In this document: piece by piece, positions 30,317-39,177 of the stretch
Layout of the letters: every line of letters begins with the position of its first letter
Position numbering within the stretch: the first letter of the stretch is position 1
Assembly (NCBI GenBank): GCA_965227295.1
Contig: OZ245742.1
Coordinates: 1,632,001 to 1,696,000 of the forward strand
From: Leptonemataceae bacterium
Lineage (GTDB): Bacteria; Spirochaetota; Leptospiria; Leptospirales; Leptonemataceae
Direction: 5' to 3'
Length of the DNA stretch: 64,000 nucleotides
Notes under the pieces: model-generated
Told to the model about the DNA's origin: nothing
Database searches by the model: none
Seen by the model: only the letters and a program-made list of their open reading frames with translations
Position numbers and translations under genes: made by a program

Positions 30317-31954
30317 ATGGTCCTAAAGTTTTATAACTATTCTGCGGAATCTGTGAGAAACACACAAACCGTGGCGCAAGCGGCCGCGGGGCGCGACGAC
30401 ATCGTCGACCACGGACCACGTCTGATCAATCGCATTCGCCTGGCTCTTTCCGTGTTGTATGTGTTCGGCGTGTTGATGAGTTTTCAATCCAACTCGTCGT
30501 CGCAGAACGTGATCTACTTTCTCGCCATCGGCGTGATGATCGCTTACGGTCTTGCGCTGGAGCTGGCCCACCGCCGGTTTCAGGTGCCGCCCATCGTCGC
30601 GAAGGTTTTCGTCAGCCTGGATGTGCTTGTGCTTTCGGTGGTGTTGTTGGCCGGCGTCCTCGACGCGGAGGGAGCGGTGCTGATCATTCGCTCCACGACG
30701 CTGTACATGATCTTTCTGTTTTATATTGCGTACGCCGCGTTCTTGCACTCGCGCGCTTTTGTTTTGTGGATCGGCGTCCTGTCCGCCTTCGGTTCGGTCG
30801 CGGTGGCCGTCACGGCCGCGAATCATGGCGTCGTTTTTTCCGAGGATCCCGCCCTTGTGCGCGGTGGAATGGCGGAGCCGTTATCCGCCGAGGTGCTCAA
30901 AGCCGTCTTCATGATGGCCGGCGCCTTCATTATCCGCGGCGTGATCGGTACGTTGATTCAACTGCAAGAGCGCTCCGCGGCCGGAGAGAGTACCGCTCGT
31001 TCGTCCCTGGCGAGCCTCGAAGCGTCGCGGTGTTCCATGGCCGCTGCCTCGGGCACCCTGGAATCTCAGGCGGGTTCGTTGAGTCAATTTGTACAGAACT
31101 TTAACGATTCCATTGCCGACCACGCAACGTCCTTCGAAGAGATCAGCGCGGCTATGGAAGAGATGTCCGCGGGGGCCCGGCACGCGGCGGAGTCCGTTAC
31201 CGAACAACGCAAGCGTATCGATCGTTTGAACGAAGAAAGTCAGCGCCTCGGTTCGCTGAACGCCGGCCTGGAAAATCGTTCCGTGGAACTCGACGATACC
31301 GTGAGTGATACGCGTCAGCTCGGCGAGATGGTTACAACCTCCGTCCGCGAACTGGACGATACCCTGTTGGCCATGGTGGAATCTTTTCAGCGCGTGAGCG
31401 CGGTCACCGAGATGATGGCGGAGGTGGCGGATCGCACGAACCTGCTGGCCCTGAATGCTTCCATCGAAGCGGCCCGGGCCGGGGAGGCGGGTCGGGGGTT
31501 CGCCGTGGTTGCAAGCGAGGTCTCGCGCCTGGCCGAGTCGTCGGCGGAGAACGCGCGCAACATTGAAGAGATCGTTCGGGAGAGCAGTGAGCGCAGCAAG
31601 GCCGGACGCGACGCCTCGCAGATGGCCGTGCGCATGGTGGACAAACAGGAAGAGAACTTCGAGAAGATCTTCCAGCGCTTTGAAGACCTCACGAAACTCG
31701 TTCAGGACCAGGGCCTCATCCAACGGGCTTTTCTGGATGACCTGGAAGGCCTGCGCGACCTGGCGGCGGACATCGAACGCACGACGCGGGAACAGAGTTC
31801 CGGCAGCGAAGAGGTCATTCGCAACCTGGGCGGCATGGAACAGTTTCTCAGCGACCTGGTGGACCGGAGCGAGAATCTGCGCGAAAGCATCGCGAAGATC
31901 GATCAGGAGTCCCGGGACTTGCGTCGCCTGGCGGAAGTGGGTGAGGCGGTGTAG
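30317..31954 (+). CDS. Methyl-accepting chemotaxis protein with multi-TM sensor region
   Basis: About 6 hydrophobic segments, then [32 protein letters not shown] and methylation helices ([11 protein letters not shown]). Confidence 0.95.
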   Translation: MVLKFYNYSAESVRNTQTVAQAAAGRDDIVDHGPRLINRIRLALSVLYVFGVLMSFQSNSSSQNVIYFLAIGVMIAYGLALELAHRRFQVPPIVAKVFVSLDVLVLSVVLLAGVLDAEGAVLIIRSTTLYMIFLFYIAYAAFLHSRAFVLWIGVLSAFGSVAVAVTAANHGVVFSEDPALVRGGMAEPLSAEVLKAVFMMAGAFIIRGVIGTLIQLQERSAAGESTARSSLASLEASRCSMAAASGTLESQAGSLSQFVQNFNDSIADHATSFEEISAAMEEMSAGARHAAESVTEQRKRIDRLNEESQRLGSLNAGLENRSVELDDTVSDTRQLGEMVTTSVRELDDTLLAMVESFQRVSAVTEMMAEVADRTNLLALNASIEAARAGEAGRGFAVVASEVSRLAESSAENARNIEEIVRESSERSKAGRDASQMAVRMVDKQEENFEKIFQRFEDLTKLVQDQGLIQRAFLDDLEGLRDLAADIERTTREQSSGSEEVIRNLGGMEQFLSDLVDRSENLRESIAKIDQESRDLRRLAEVGEAV

Positions 31955-32002
31955 TTCGTTTTCTGCTTTACACGATGAAAATAGTCCGCATAGAATTGCG
32001 CC

Positions 32003-32440
32003 ATGGTATCCTATCGTTTCGCTTTCGGCCTGTTCGTTTCCGCCCTGCTCGCGCTCAGCCTCCACTGTGGCGGTCCGTCCGGTGGTGACGAGGCCGGCGC
32101 TACCGGTGAGGTCAGTCTGACCATCACGAACGGCGACGAGACGACGGAGCTGAATGCGGGCATCGCTTCCGGGGCCACTGTTCTGGAACTCGTGCAAAAG
32201 CTCACAGCTGCGAACGAACTCAGCGCCGAGATCGAAGGCGAGGGAGGGGAGGCCTTTCTGAAGAGCCTGAACGGCGCGGTCGCCGAGGGCGAGGGCCGCA
32301 ACTGGCTGTACGCCGTAAACGGCAAGCTGGCCCCCGTGGGCATCGGCAATCAGAGCCTCAGCCCGGGGGACGAAGTGGCCTTTTGCTACCTCAAATGGGA
32401 CGATCGGGCGGAATGCGGCGTTCCCGGCGAAGACCATTGA
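32003..32440 (+). CDS. DUF4430-domain lipoprotein (transcobalamin C-terminal-like)
   Basis: Lipobox LSLHC; GATVLEL, FLKSLNG, WLYAVNGKLAPVGIG..L.PGDEVAF match the DUF4430 pattern. Confidence 0.8.
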   Translation: MVSYRFAFGLFVSALLALSLHCGGPSGGDEAGATGEVSLTITNGDETTELNAGIASGATVLELVQKLTAANELSAEIEGEGGEAFLKSLNGAVAEGEGRNWLYAVNGKLAPVGIGNQSLSPGDEVAFCYLKWDDRAECGVPGEDH

Positions 32441-32500
32441 GGCACGTTAGCCGTGAAAGTACTTGACGTGAGCCGTTTCGGCCGGAGGCTATCCTCCGCT

Positions 32501-33106
32501 ATGCAGAAATTCGTCCGCCCCGCACTCATTGTCTCAGCTTTGATCGGCCTCGCCGCCGTCAGCCGACTGATTCCCCACCCCCCGAACTTCACGGCGACCG
32601 CCGCCGTGGCCCTGTTCGCGGGCTATTATTTCTACAATACACGCGCTTTTGCGTGGTTGGTGCCCATGCTGGCCATGCTCGTGAGCAACGTCATCATCGG
32701 CGGCTACGATTTCTGGCAGATGCTCCTGGTGAACATCGCCATGATTCTCCCGGTCTTTGCCGGGCCGTTGCTGCGTCGGGACATTCGCGTCGAGAATCCG
32801 GTACTGCGTTCGTTGCTTTCCGGCCTGCGCGTGGCAGCCTTCTCCGTGGCCGGTTCGGTGGTATTTTTTGCCCTCTCGAATCTCGCCGTCTGGGGCTTCA
32901 GCGGCATGTATGAGCACAGCCTCTCCGGGCTGGCGTTCTGCTATCTGGTAGCACTGCCGTTCCTGGAAAACGACGGCAGCATGCGCTTCGCCCTCGGCAC
33001 ACTCACCGGCGATCTCTTCTACAACGGAGTCATCTTCGGCGTGTATGCGCTCGCGACCGCGCGGTCGTTTATCTTTGCCACAGAGGCACCGAGAGCACAG
33101 AGTTAA
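32501..33106 (+). CDS. DUF6580-family putative transporter (ECF S-component/BtuM-like)
   Basis: SRLIPHPPNFT..AAVALF.G, PMLAMLVSN...G.Y, SVVFF..SN.AVW...GMY..S..GL..CY..ALPF, GDLFY. Confidence 0.85.
   Translation: MQKFVRPALIVSALIGLAAVSRLIPHPPNFTATAAVALFAGYYFYNTRAFAWLVPMLAMLVSNVIIGGYDFWQMLLVNIAMILPVFAGPLLRRDIRVENPVLRSLLSGLRVAAFSVAGSVVFFALSNLAVWGFSGMYEHSLSGLAFCYLVALPFLENDGSMRFALGTLTGDLFYNGVIFGVYALATARSFIFATEAPRAQS
33078..33102. repeat. REP-like repeat unit inside the 3' end of the DUF6580 gene
   Basis: CCACAGAGGCACCGAGAGCACAGAG, encoding the C-terminal TEAPRAQS. Confidence 0.5.
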
Positions 33107-33152
33107 GAGGGAAAGTATCGTTCGTTTTGCCGACGACGGTCGTCGGCGCAAG

Positions 33153-33182
33153 ACCGCGGGTGAGCAATCTCCGCGGTTTTTT
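33153..33182 (+). terminator. Rho-independent terminator
   Basis: ACCGCGG...CCGCGGT stem followed by a T-run, preceded by the palindrome GCCGACGAC-G-GTCGTCGGC (33129-33147). Confidence 0.7.
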
Positions 33183-33220
33183 GGTGGGTCTTACGATGAT
33201 CGGACGGCTCTTCTCTGACT

Positions 33221-34645
33221 TCAGTTCTTAGAAACCGTGCGGCGCCCGTAGTAATAGTAGAGCAAGCCGGAACACGTGAGCCCGATTCCCGCCAATGACG
33301 ACAGCGGCGCGCTGATGAACGTCACCACCATGAACCATACCTGGATCAGCAGCACCAGGGGCAGCGTAACGTAAAACAAAGGTACCTTAAAGGGGCGTTC
33401 CAGGTCCGGCAACTTGCGGCGCAGCACCCACACCGCGGCGAACGTGGAAACGTTAAAGATCGCCGAGGTAAAGCTAAAGAAATCGATGACGGTTGCGTAG
33501 GCGTTGCCGGCGAACGAGGACGCGATCAAGAGGACGCTGGCCCAGGCGGCCTGGATGTAGAGGGCGTTGTCCGGGGTGTGATGCTTCGGATGCGTCTTCG
33601 CCAGGGGCGCGAAGAACAGGCCGTCCCGGGCCATGGCGTACCAGGTGCGGGCCTTGACCATGATCTGGGTGTTCACGTTACCGAACGTGGAGAGCATGAC
33701 CGCCCCGGCAAGGACCGCGCCGCCGATGATGCCCGCGGCGTTTTCCATGGCCACGGCGGCTATATCGCGGCGGGCGACGATCATCTCCGCCGGAGACAGC
33801 GCATACAAATACGCTAAGTTTACGGCGACATAAATTAGCATGACGCCGCCGATTCCCAGGAAGAGCGATAGCGGTAGATTGCGGCGGGGATTGCGGACCT
33901 CTTCGGCGACGTAGGTGGCCCCCTCCCAGCCGCTGTAGGCGAAGAAGCCGTAGCGCAGGGCGTGGCCGACGGCGAACATGGAACCCCAGCCCCACTCGTT
34001 CGGCCAGAAGTTTGCGGTAACGTGCGCGGTGTCGCCCGGTCCTGTAAAACAAAACGATACCAGCACGAGCAGCGCGACGACCTTCAGCGCGCTGAAGATA
34101 TTCTGCAACACGCCGGACAAGAAGACGCCGAACGTATTTGCGATGGTCAGCACCCAGATGATGGCGAGGGCGATGGCGGAGATGGTCCAGCGATGGAAGG
34201 GTTCGCCGTGGACCTTCTCGAACAGGAAACCGCCGTACTCCGCAAACACGATGGCCACGGCGACGATGGACGCCGTCTCCGATACGAAGAACATGGCCCA
34301 GCCGCGGAGAAACGTCCACACCTCCGGATATGCGGCGCGCAGATACTCGTAGGGCCCGCCGGACTTCGGCATCATTGCCACGAGTTCGGCGTAACACAAC
34401 GCGCCGAGCATGGTCGCCACTCCGCCGATGAACCAGGCGAGAAAGAACAATCCCACGGAGGCCTGGCCCGGCGGGATCTCCGCGAGGCTGTAGGACCGCG
34501 AGACCTCAAGGCCGGCCACAGCCATCATCATTAAACCCGGCGTACGAAAGATACCCGAGCCGATGATGCGACCGATGACGATGGAAAGCGCCTCGGTAAG
34601 TCCGAGGGCCTGGTCAAGCTGCGTGTTGGAGTCAGTTGTTTGCAA
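33221..34645 (-). CDS. APC-family amino acid permease
   Basis: Motifs IIGSGIF.TP, GALCYAEL...PKSGG.YEYL, FAYSGWE...VAEEVRNPRRNLP, AMARDGLFF, RPFKVP. Confidence 0.93.
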   Translation of the reverse strand: MQTTDSNTQLDQALGLTEALSIVIGRIIGSGIFRTPGLMMMAVAGLEVSRSYSLAEIPPGQASVGLFFLAWFIGGVATMLGALCYAELVAMMPKSGGPYEYLRAAYPEVWTFLRGWAMFFVSETASIVAVAIVFAEYGGFLFEKVHGEPFHRWTISAIALAIIWVLTIANTFGVFLSGVLQNIFSALKVVALLVLVSFCFTGPGDTAHVTANFWPNEWGWGSMFAVGHALRYGFFAYSGWEGATYVAEEVRNPRRNLPLSLFLGIGGVMLIYVAVNLAYLYALSPAEMIVARRDIAAVAMENAAGIIGGAVLAGAVMLSTFGNVNTQIMVKARTWYAMARDGLFFAPLAKTHPKHHTPDNALYIQAAWASVLLIASSFAGNAYATVIDFFSFTSAIFNVSTFAAVWVLRRKLPDLERPFKVPLFYVTLPLVLLIQVWFMVVTFISAPLSSLAGIGLTCSGLLYYYYGRRTVSKN

Positions 34646-34666
34646 GGTGTCTCTGATTTGATATTA

Positions 34667-34832
34667 ACTCCGAGGACCGAGGTTCCGAGGATATCGGGAA
34701 GGGCGATCTGTCCGGTAACCGTCAGACAACGGAAACGGCTGGATAAGAAGATCTGAAGCAATTAGTTCGTAAGCCAGAGCTCATCCAAAGCAGATCTTCC
34801 CTGACTTCCCTCGACACCTCGGTCCTCGGAGT
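34667..34832. mobile_element. MITE/REPIN-like non-autonomous element, 166 bp
   Basis: Perfect 17-bp terminal inverted repeats ACTCCGAGGACCGAGGT (34667-34683 and 34816-34832), flanked on both sides by TTA (34664-34666, 34833-34835). Confidence 0.65.
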
Positions 34833-34841
34833 TTACACTCT

Positions 34842-35816
34842 TCAATAGATAGCCGTCAGCCACTCCGCGTATTGATCGTCGTCGCCGAGAACGGTGGCCA
34901 TGTACTTATCCCGCAGGCGTTGCGTGATTGCGCCGATTTCGCCCGTGCCGACAATGCGCCGATCGATTTCGCTGACCCAGGCGACCTGGGCACCGGTGCC
35001 GCAGAAGAAGACCTCGTCGGCGATGTAGAGCTCGGCCCGGGCCACGTCGCGTTCGACGACCTCGTAGCCCATGTCCTTTGCAATCGTGATGATGGAACGC
35101 CGGGTGATGCCTTCGAGTACCGATGATGCCAGGTGCGGAGTTACCAACACGCCGTCGCGAACCAAAAAGATGTTCTCGGCACTGCCCTCGCTCACGAAGC
35201 CGCGCATGTCCAGGAAGATGGCCTCGTCGAAACCGTTCTGCACCGCTTCGGACTTCGCCAGGGCCGAGTTGATGTACCCGCCGGAGGCCTTGGAACGCGT
35301 GGGGATGATGTTTTCGTCGATGCGGCGCCAGGAAGAGACGGCCACCCGCATGCCCCGGGACGTGTCGAGGTAATCGTTCAGGGGAATGGTATACATCGAA
35401 AACGCGTCGCTTACGTCGTGCAGGCGCGGCGAAAGCTGAAGCGCGGACTTGTAGATGAACGGACGATAGTAGACGTTCTTGCGATACTCGTTGCGTTTCG
35501 CCAGTTCGACGGCGACGGCGGCGATTTCGTCGGCGCCGAGCGGCGGTTGCATTTGCATGATGCGCGCGCTTTTTGTGAGCCGGCGGGTATGGTCGTTCAA
35601 CCGGAAGAGATAGAGATTCTGCCGCCGCTCGTTGTAGTAACCGCGGATGCCGCCGAAGACCATGGTGCCGTACTGGAGGGCGTGGGTGGCCACGTTCACG
35701 CCGCACTCGCGGAGTTTTTTGTATTCACCTTCGTGATAGGCGATGCTTTCTAAGTCGAGGCCCATATTTTGATGCGGGTCCGGGCTGTCGCGCTTGATGT
35801 CGTTCATATGCGTCAT
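34842..35816 (-). CDS. ilvE: Branched-chain amino acid aminotransferase
   Basis: THALQYG...FGGIR.Y, PLP lysine in SKASGGYINS.LAK.EA...GFDEAI, SEGSAENIF, LEGITR, ADEVFFCGTGAQV. Confidence 0.95.
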   Translation of the reverse strand: MTHMNDIKRDSPDPHQNMGLDLESIAYHEGEYKKLRECGVNVATHALQYGTMVFGGIRGYYNERRQNLYLFRLNDHTRRLTKSARIMQMQPPLGADEIAAVAVELAKRNEYRKNVYYRPFIYKSALQLSPRLHDVSDAFSMYTIPLNDYLDTSRGMRVAVSSWRRIDENIIPTRSKASGGYINSALAKSEAVQNGFDEAIFLDMRGFVSEGSAENIFLVRDGVLVTPHLASSVLEGITRRSIITIAKDMGYEVVERDVARAELYIADEVFFCGTGAQVAWVSEIDRRIVGTGEIGAITQRLRDKYMATVLGDDDQYAEWLTAIY

Positions 35817-35927
35817 ATGCGCCGGGAGCGAAACTGAGCCTCCCGTGGTCTTTTTTTGTCAATGAAAGTGCGATGAGGTCGGCTCAAAAACAGTTGAATC
35901 ACCGGGAAAACCTCCCTTCCTGTCCAC

Positions 35928-38594
35928 ATGCAACAGAGCGCCTCGCATCCTCGTTCCGTCGTCCGTCTGTCGGAGTATCGTCCGCCGGATTGGTGGTCCA
36001 CCCACATCGATCTCGTCTTTGAACTCGATCCGGAACGTACGGTGGTAACGGCGCGTACGAAGTTCGAACGTAACACGGCCGCACCCGCGGACGCCCCGCT
36101 CGTTCTCAACGGCGAGCACATCCTGGAACTCCGCTCCGTAAAGATCGACGGAACGGAACTGGACGCGGCGGAAGCGGAGTACGTACGGAGCGATACTCAC
36201 CTGACGATACCCCGGCCTCCGGCCGATCGTTTCGAACTGGAGGTGGTCAACGTCATCGCCCCGGCGCAGAACACGGCCCTGGAAGGCCTGTACATGTCAT
36301 CCGGTATGTACTGCACCCAATGCGAGGCCGAGGGGTTCCGGCGCATCACTTACAGTCAGGATCGTCCGGACGTGATGTCGCTGTACACGACGACGATCAT
36401 CGCCGATACCGCCGGGTTTCCGGTGCTCCTGTCCAACGGCAATCCGGTGGATCGGGAAGAACTAACTACAGGCGATCGTAGGTTAACACGCGTTACCTGG
36501 GAAGATCCGTTTCCGAAGCCGTCGTACCTGTTTGCCCTGGTTGCCGGGGACCTGGGCGTGGTCCGAGATACCTTCACGACGATGTCCGGACGCGACGTCG
36601 CGTGTGAGGTGTACGTGGATCGTGGGAACGAAAGCCGCGCCGAGTTTGCCGTGCAGGCTTTGAAGGATGCCATGGCCTGGGATGAGCGGCGCTTCGGTCG
36701 CGAGTACGATCTGGACATCTACATGATCGTGGCCGTGGACGACTTCAACATGGGCGCCATGGAAAACAAGGGCCTGAACATCTTCAACAGCAAGCTCGTT
36801 CTCGCGGATCCGCGCACGGCCACCGACGAGAGCTTCGAGTTTATTCAGGGCGTCGTGGGTCACGAGTACTTCCATAACTGGACGGGCAACCGGGTCACCT
36901 GCCGGGATTGGTTCCAGCTTACGCTCAAAGAAGGCCTCACCGTTTACCGGGATCAACTGTTTACGGCGGACATGACTCACCCGGCAATTAAACGCATTAA
37001 GGACGTGGAGCATCTGCGGGCCTTTCAGTTTCCGGAGGACGCGGGACCCATGTCGCATCCGATCCAGCCGAAGCACTACATTGAAATCAATAACTTTTAT
37101 ACGATGACGGTTTATGAAAAAGGTGCCGAGGTGATCCGGATGATGGCGACGATCGCCGGTGAAGACGGCTTTCGTCGCGCCATGGACGTCTACTTCCAGC
37201 GCAACGACGGCCGGGCGGTGACGACCGAGGAATTCGTCGCCGCCATTGAGGCGGGTTCCGGGACGGACCTGAAACAGTTTCGCCGCTGGTACGACCAGAG
37301 CGGGACGCCCCGCCTGCGGGTCGCGGAACGCTACGACGCCGCCGCAAAACGCTACGAACTTACACTCACGCAGAGCAACCCTGACTACACACCGCCGTCA
37401 GAGGAGGGCCCTCCGGAGCCGCCGCCTTTGCTCATTCCGGTGAAGGTCGGCCTGCTGCATGGTCACAGCGGAGCGGAACTGCTGTCGACACGGACGCTGC
37501 TCTTAAGTGAATCCGAGCAGACATTTGTGTTTGAGAATATCGACGCCGAGCCCGTGCTTTCGATCCTCCGGGATTTTTCGGCGCCCGTGAAACTGGAGTA
37601 TCCCCGGGATCCGAAGCGCCTCGCGTTCCTGCTCGCCCACGATACCGACCTCTTTCAGCGCTGCGAAGCCGGCCGGGAACTCATGCGCCTCACGATCGAA
37701 GAGGTGCTCGCGGATATTCAAGCCGGCCGATCGCCGCAGCCGACCTCCGTCGACGCCCTGCATCAGGCCTTTGCGGAACTGCTGAAGCCCGGCAGCGATC
37801 TGGACCCGGCCTACCTGGCGCTCGCGATCAGTTTGCCGCCGGAAAGCACTTTTACGAACGAACAAAATCGCGCGGACTTTGCCGGTACGCACGAGGCGCG
37901 GAGTTTCGTGGCCCGGGAACTGAGCACCCGGAATCGGGATCGCCTGTTGGAACTTTATGAAACGCTGCGCCAATCTACGGCGTCGGAGAACCCGGACCGT
38001 CGCCGGGCCGTCGGCGAGCGCAAGTTGAAGAACCGCGTATTGTCGTACCTCATGAAGTTAGACGAACCGGAGCTGGATGCGCTCTGTCTGGCGCAGCAAA
38101 AGAACGCCGCGAACATGACCGATGAAACCGGAGCAATGTATCTTCTGGCAGATAGCGAGTCTTCGCTACGTAAAGAAAGTCTGCGTCTTTTTTATGAGCG
38201 CTGGCATCACGATGCCCTGGTCATCGATCACTGGTTTAGCGCGCAGGCCCTCTCTTCACGTGCGGATACGCTGACACAGGTGCAGGCATTACGTAGTGAC
38301 CCCGTGTTTCAATTGCGTAACCCGAACAAGGTGCGTGCATTGCTCGGTGCCTTCAGTCGCAATGCATTGCGTTTTCACGAAGAAAAAAGTTATGCTTTTC
38401 TCGCGGATTGTATCGTCGAACTGGATGCAATCAATCCGGGCATTGCCGCGCGGCTGGCCCGGGCGTGGGCGGACATCGGCCGACTGCCGGAAAACCTCGC
38501 GGAAGCGGCGCGCGGTGAGATGCGGCGCATCCGTTCCAGGGAACATCTCTCTAATGATGTCTATGAGGTCATTGATCGTTCGCTGAATTTCTAA
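35928..38594 (+). CDS. pepN: Aminopeptidase N
   Basis: Motifs CTQCEAEGFRRITY, GAMENKGLNIFN, HEYFHNWTGNRVTCRDWFQL.LKEG, NNFYT.TVYEKGAEV, NPNKVRAL. Confidence 0.98.
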   Translation: MQQSASHPRSVVRLSEYRPPDWWSTHIDLVFELDPERTVVTARTKFERNTAAPADAPLVLNGEHILELRSVKIDGTELDAAEAEYVRSDTHLTIPRPPADRFELEVVNVIAPAQNTALEGLYMSSGMYCTQCEAEGFRRITYSQDRPDVMSLYTTTIIADTAGFPVLLSNGNPVDREELTTGDRRLTRVTWEDPFPKPSYLFALVAGDLGVVRDTFTTMSGRDVACEVYVDRGNESRAEFAVQALKDAMAWDERRFGREYDLDIYMIVAVDDFNMGAMENKGLNIFNSKLVLADPRTATDESFEFIQGVVGHEYFHNWTGNRVTCRDWFQLTLKEGLTVYRDQLFTADMTHPAIKRIKDVEHLRAFQFPEDAGPMSHPIQPKHYIEINNFYTMTVYEKGAEVIRMMATIAGEDGFRRAMDVYFQRNDGRAVTTEEFVAAIEAGSGTDLKQFRRWYDQSGTPRLRVAERYDAAAKRYELTLTQSNPDYTPPSEEGPPEPPPLLIPVKVGLLHGHSGAELLSTRTLLLSESEQTFVFENIDAEPVLSILRDFSAPVKLEYPRDPKRLAFLLAHDTDLFQRCEAGRELMRLTIEEVLADIQAGRSPQPTSVDALHQAFAELLKPGSDLDPAYLALAISLPPESTFTNEQNRADFAGTHEARSFVARELSTRNRDRLLELYETLRQSTASENPDRRRAVGERKLKNRVLSYLMKLDEPELDALCLAQQKNAANMTDETGAMYLLADSESSLRKESLRLFYERWHHDALVIDHWFSAQALSSRADTLTQVQALRSDPVFQLRNPNKVRALLGAFSRNALRFHEEKSYAFLADCIVELDAINPGIAARLARAWADIGRLPENLAEAARGEMRRIRSREHLSNDVYEVIDRSLNF

Positions 38595-38808
38595 GAGCGT
38601 TGCATAGGATTCTTTAACATGTTATCCGGCGTTCTTGTAAACGTTCGCTAATATCGTTAGTCGGAATCAACTGCATATGTAAACATATTAAGCATGTAAC
38701 AGGCGACGTTAGTGGCCGGTCATTTGGTAAATATATTAAATTTAATTCTTTATTACCCTGAGAAAATAATAAATGACATGAAGTCGTCGTGCTTGCACTT
38801 TGTTCGCT

Positions 38809-39009
38809 ATGGCGAAGAAGAAAGTGGCCCGGCGCGGGCAGCCTCCATTGTATCCCGAAGATCCGTTGCGTTCGACGAACGTGAACCTCCCCAGTTCATT
38901 CTATCGTCGCATCGATCGTCTTGTAAAAAAAGGCGTGTTTAAGAAGCCATCCCAGGCGATCCGCAACGCCATCGATGCCGGCCTTCGCGAGTTCGAAGGC
39001 CGCAACTAA
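38809..39009 (+). CDS. Ribbon-helix-helix (CopG/Arc-like) DNA-binding protein
   Basis: 66 aa: TNVNLP..FYRRIDRLVKKGVF..PSQAIRNAI (strand-helix-G-x-F-S-helix RHH pattern). Basic N-terminal RRGQPP. Confidence 0.8.
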   Translation: MAKKKVARRGQPPLYPEDPLRSTNVNLPSSFYRRIDRLVKKGVFKKPSQAIRNAIDAGLREFEGRN

Positions 39010-39177
39010 TAACGAGCAAATCGGGCCGTCCCACGGCTCCGGCTCTCATACGCCCTTCTCTCAGCTTACCCAATTAACAATTTTACGTACGCATCCTCTT
39101 CGCTGTTCAGTCTTGCGTACTCAATTTTGATGAAGCCAAAGCAGCGGCTCGTATTTCTACGGGGTTAGGGATCGCCG

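Noticed and set aside
38600..38640. dif site or replication origin in the AT-rich spacer
   Set aside because: Only a partial TGTTAAA resemblance without the 11-6-11 XerC/D layout. No cluster of TTATCCACA boxes and no dnaA-region genes.
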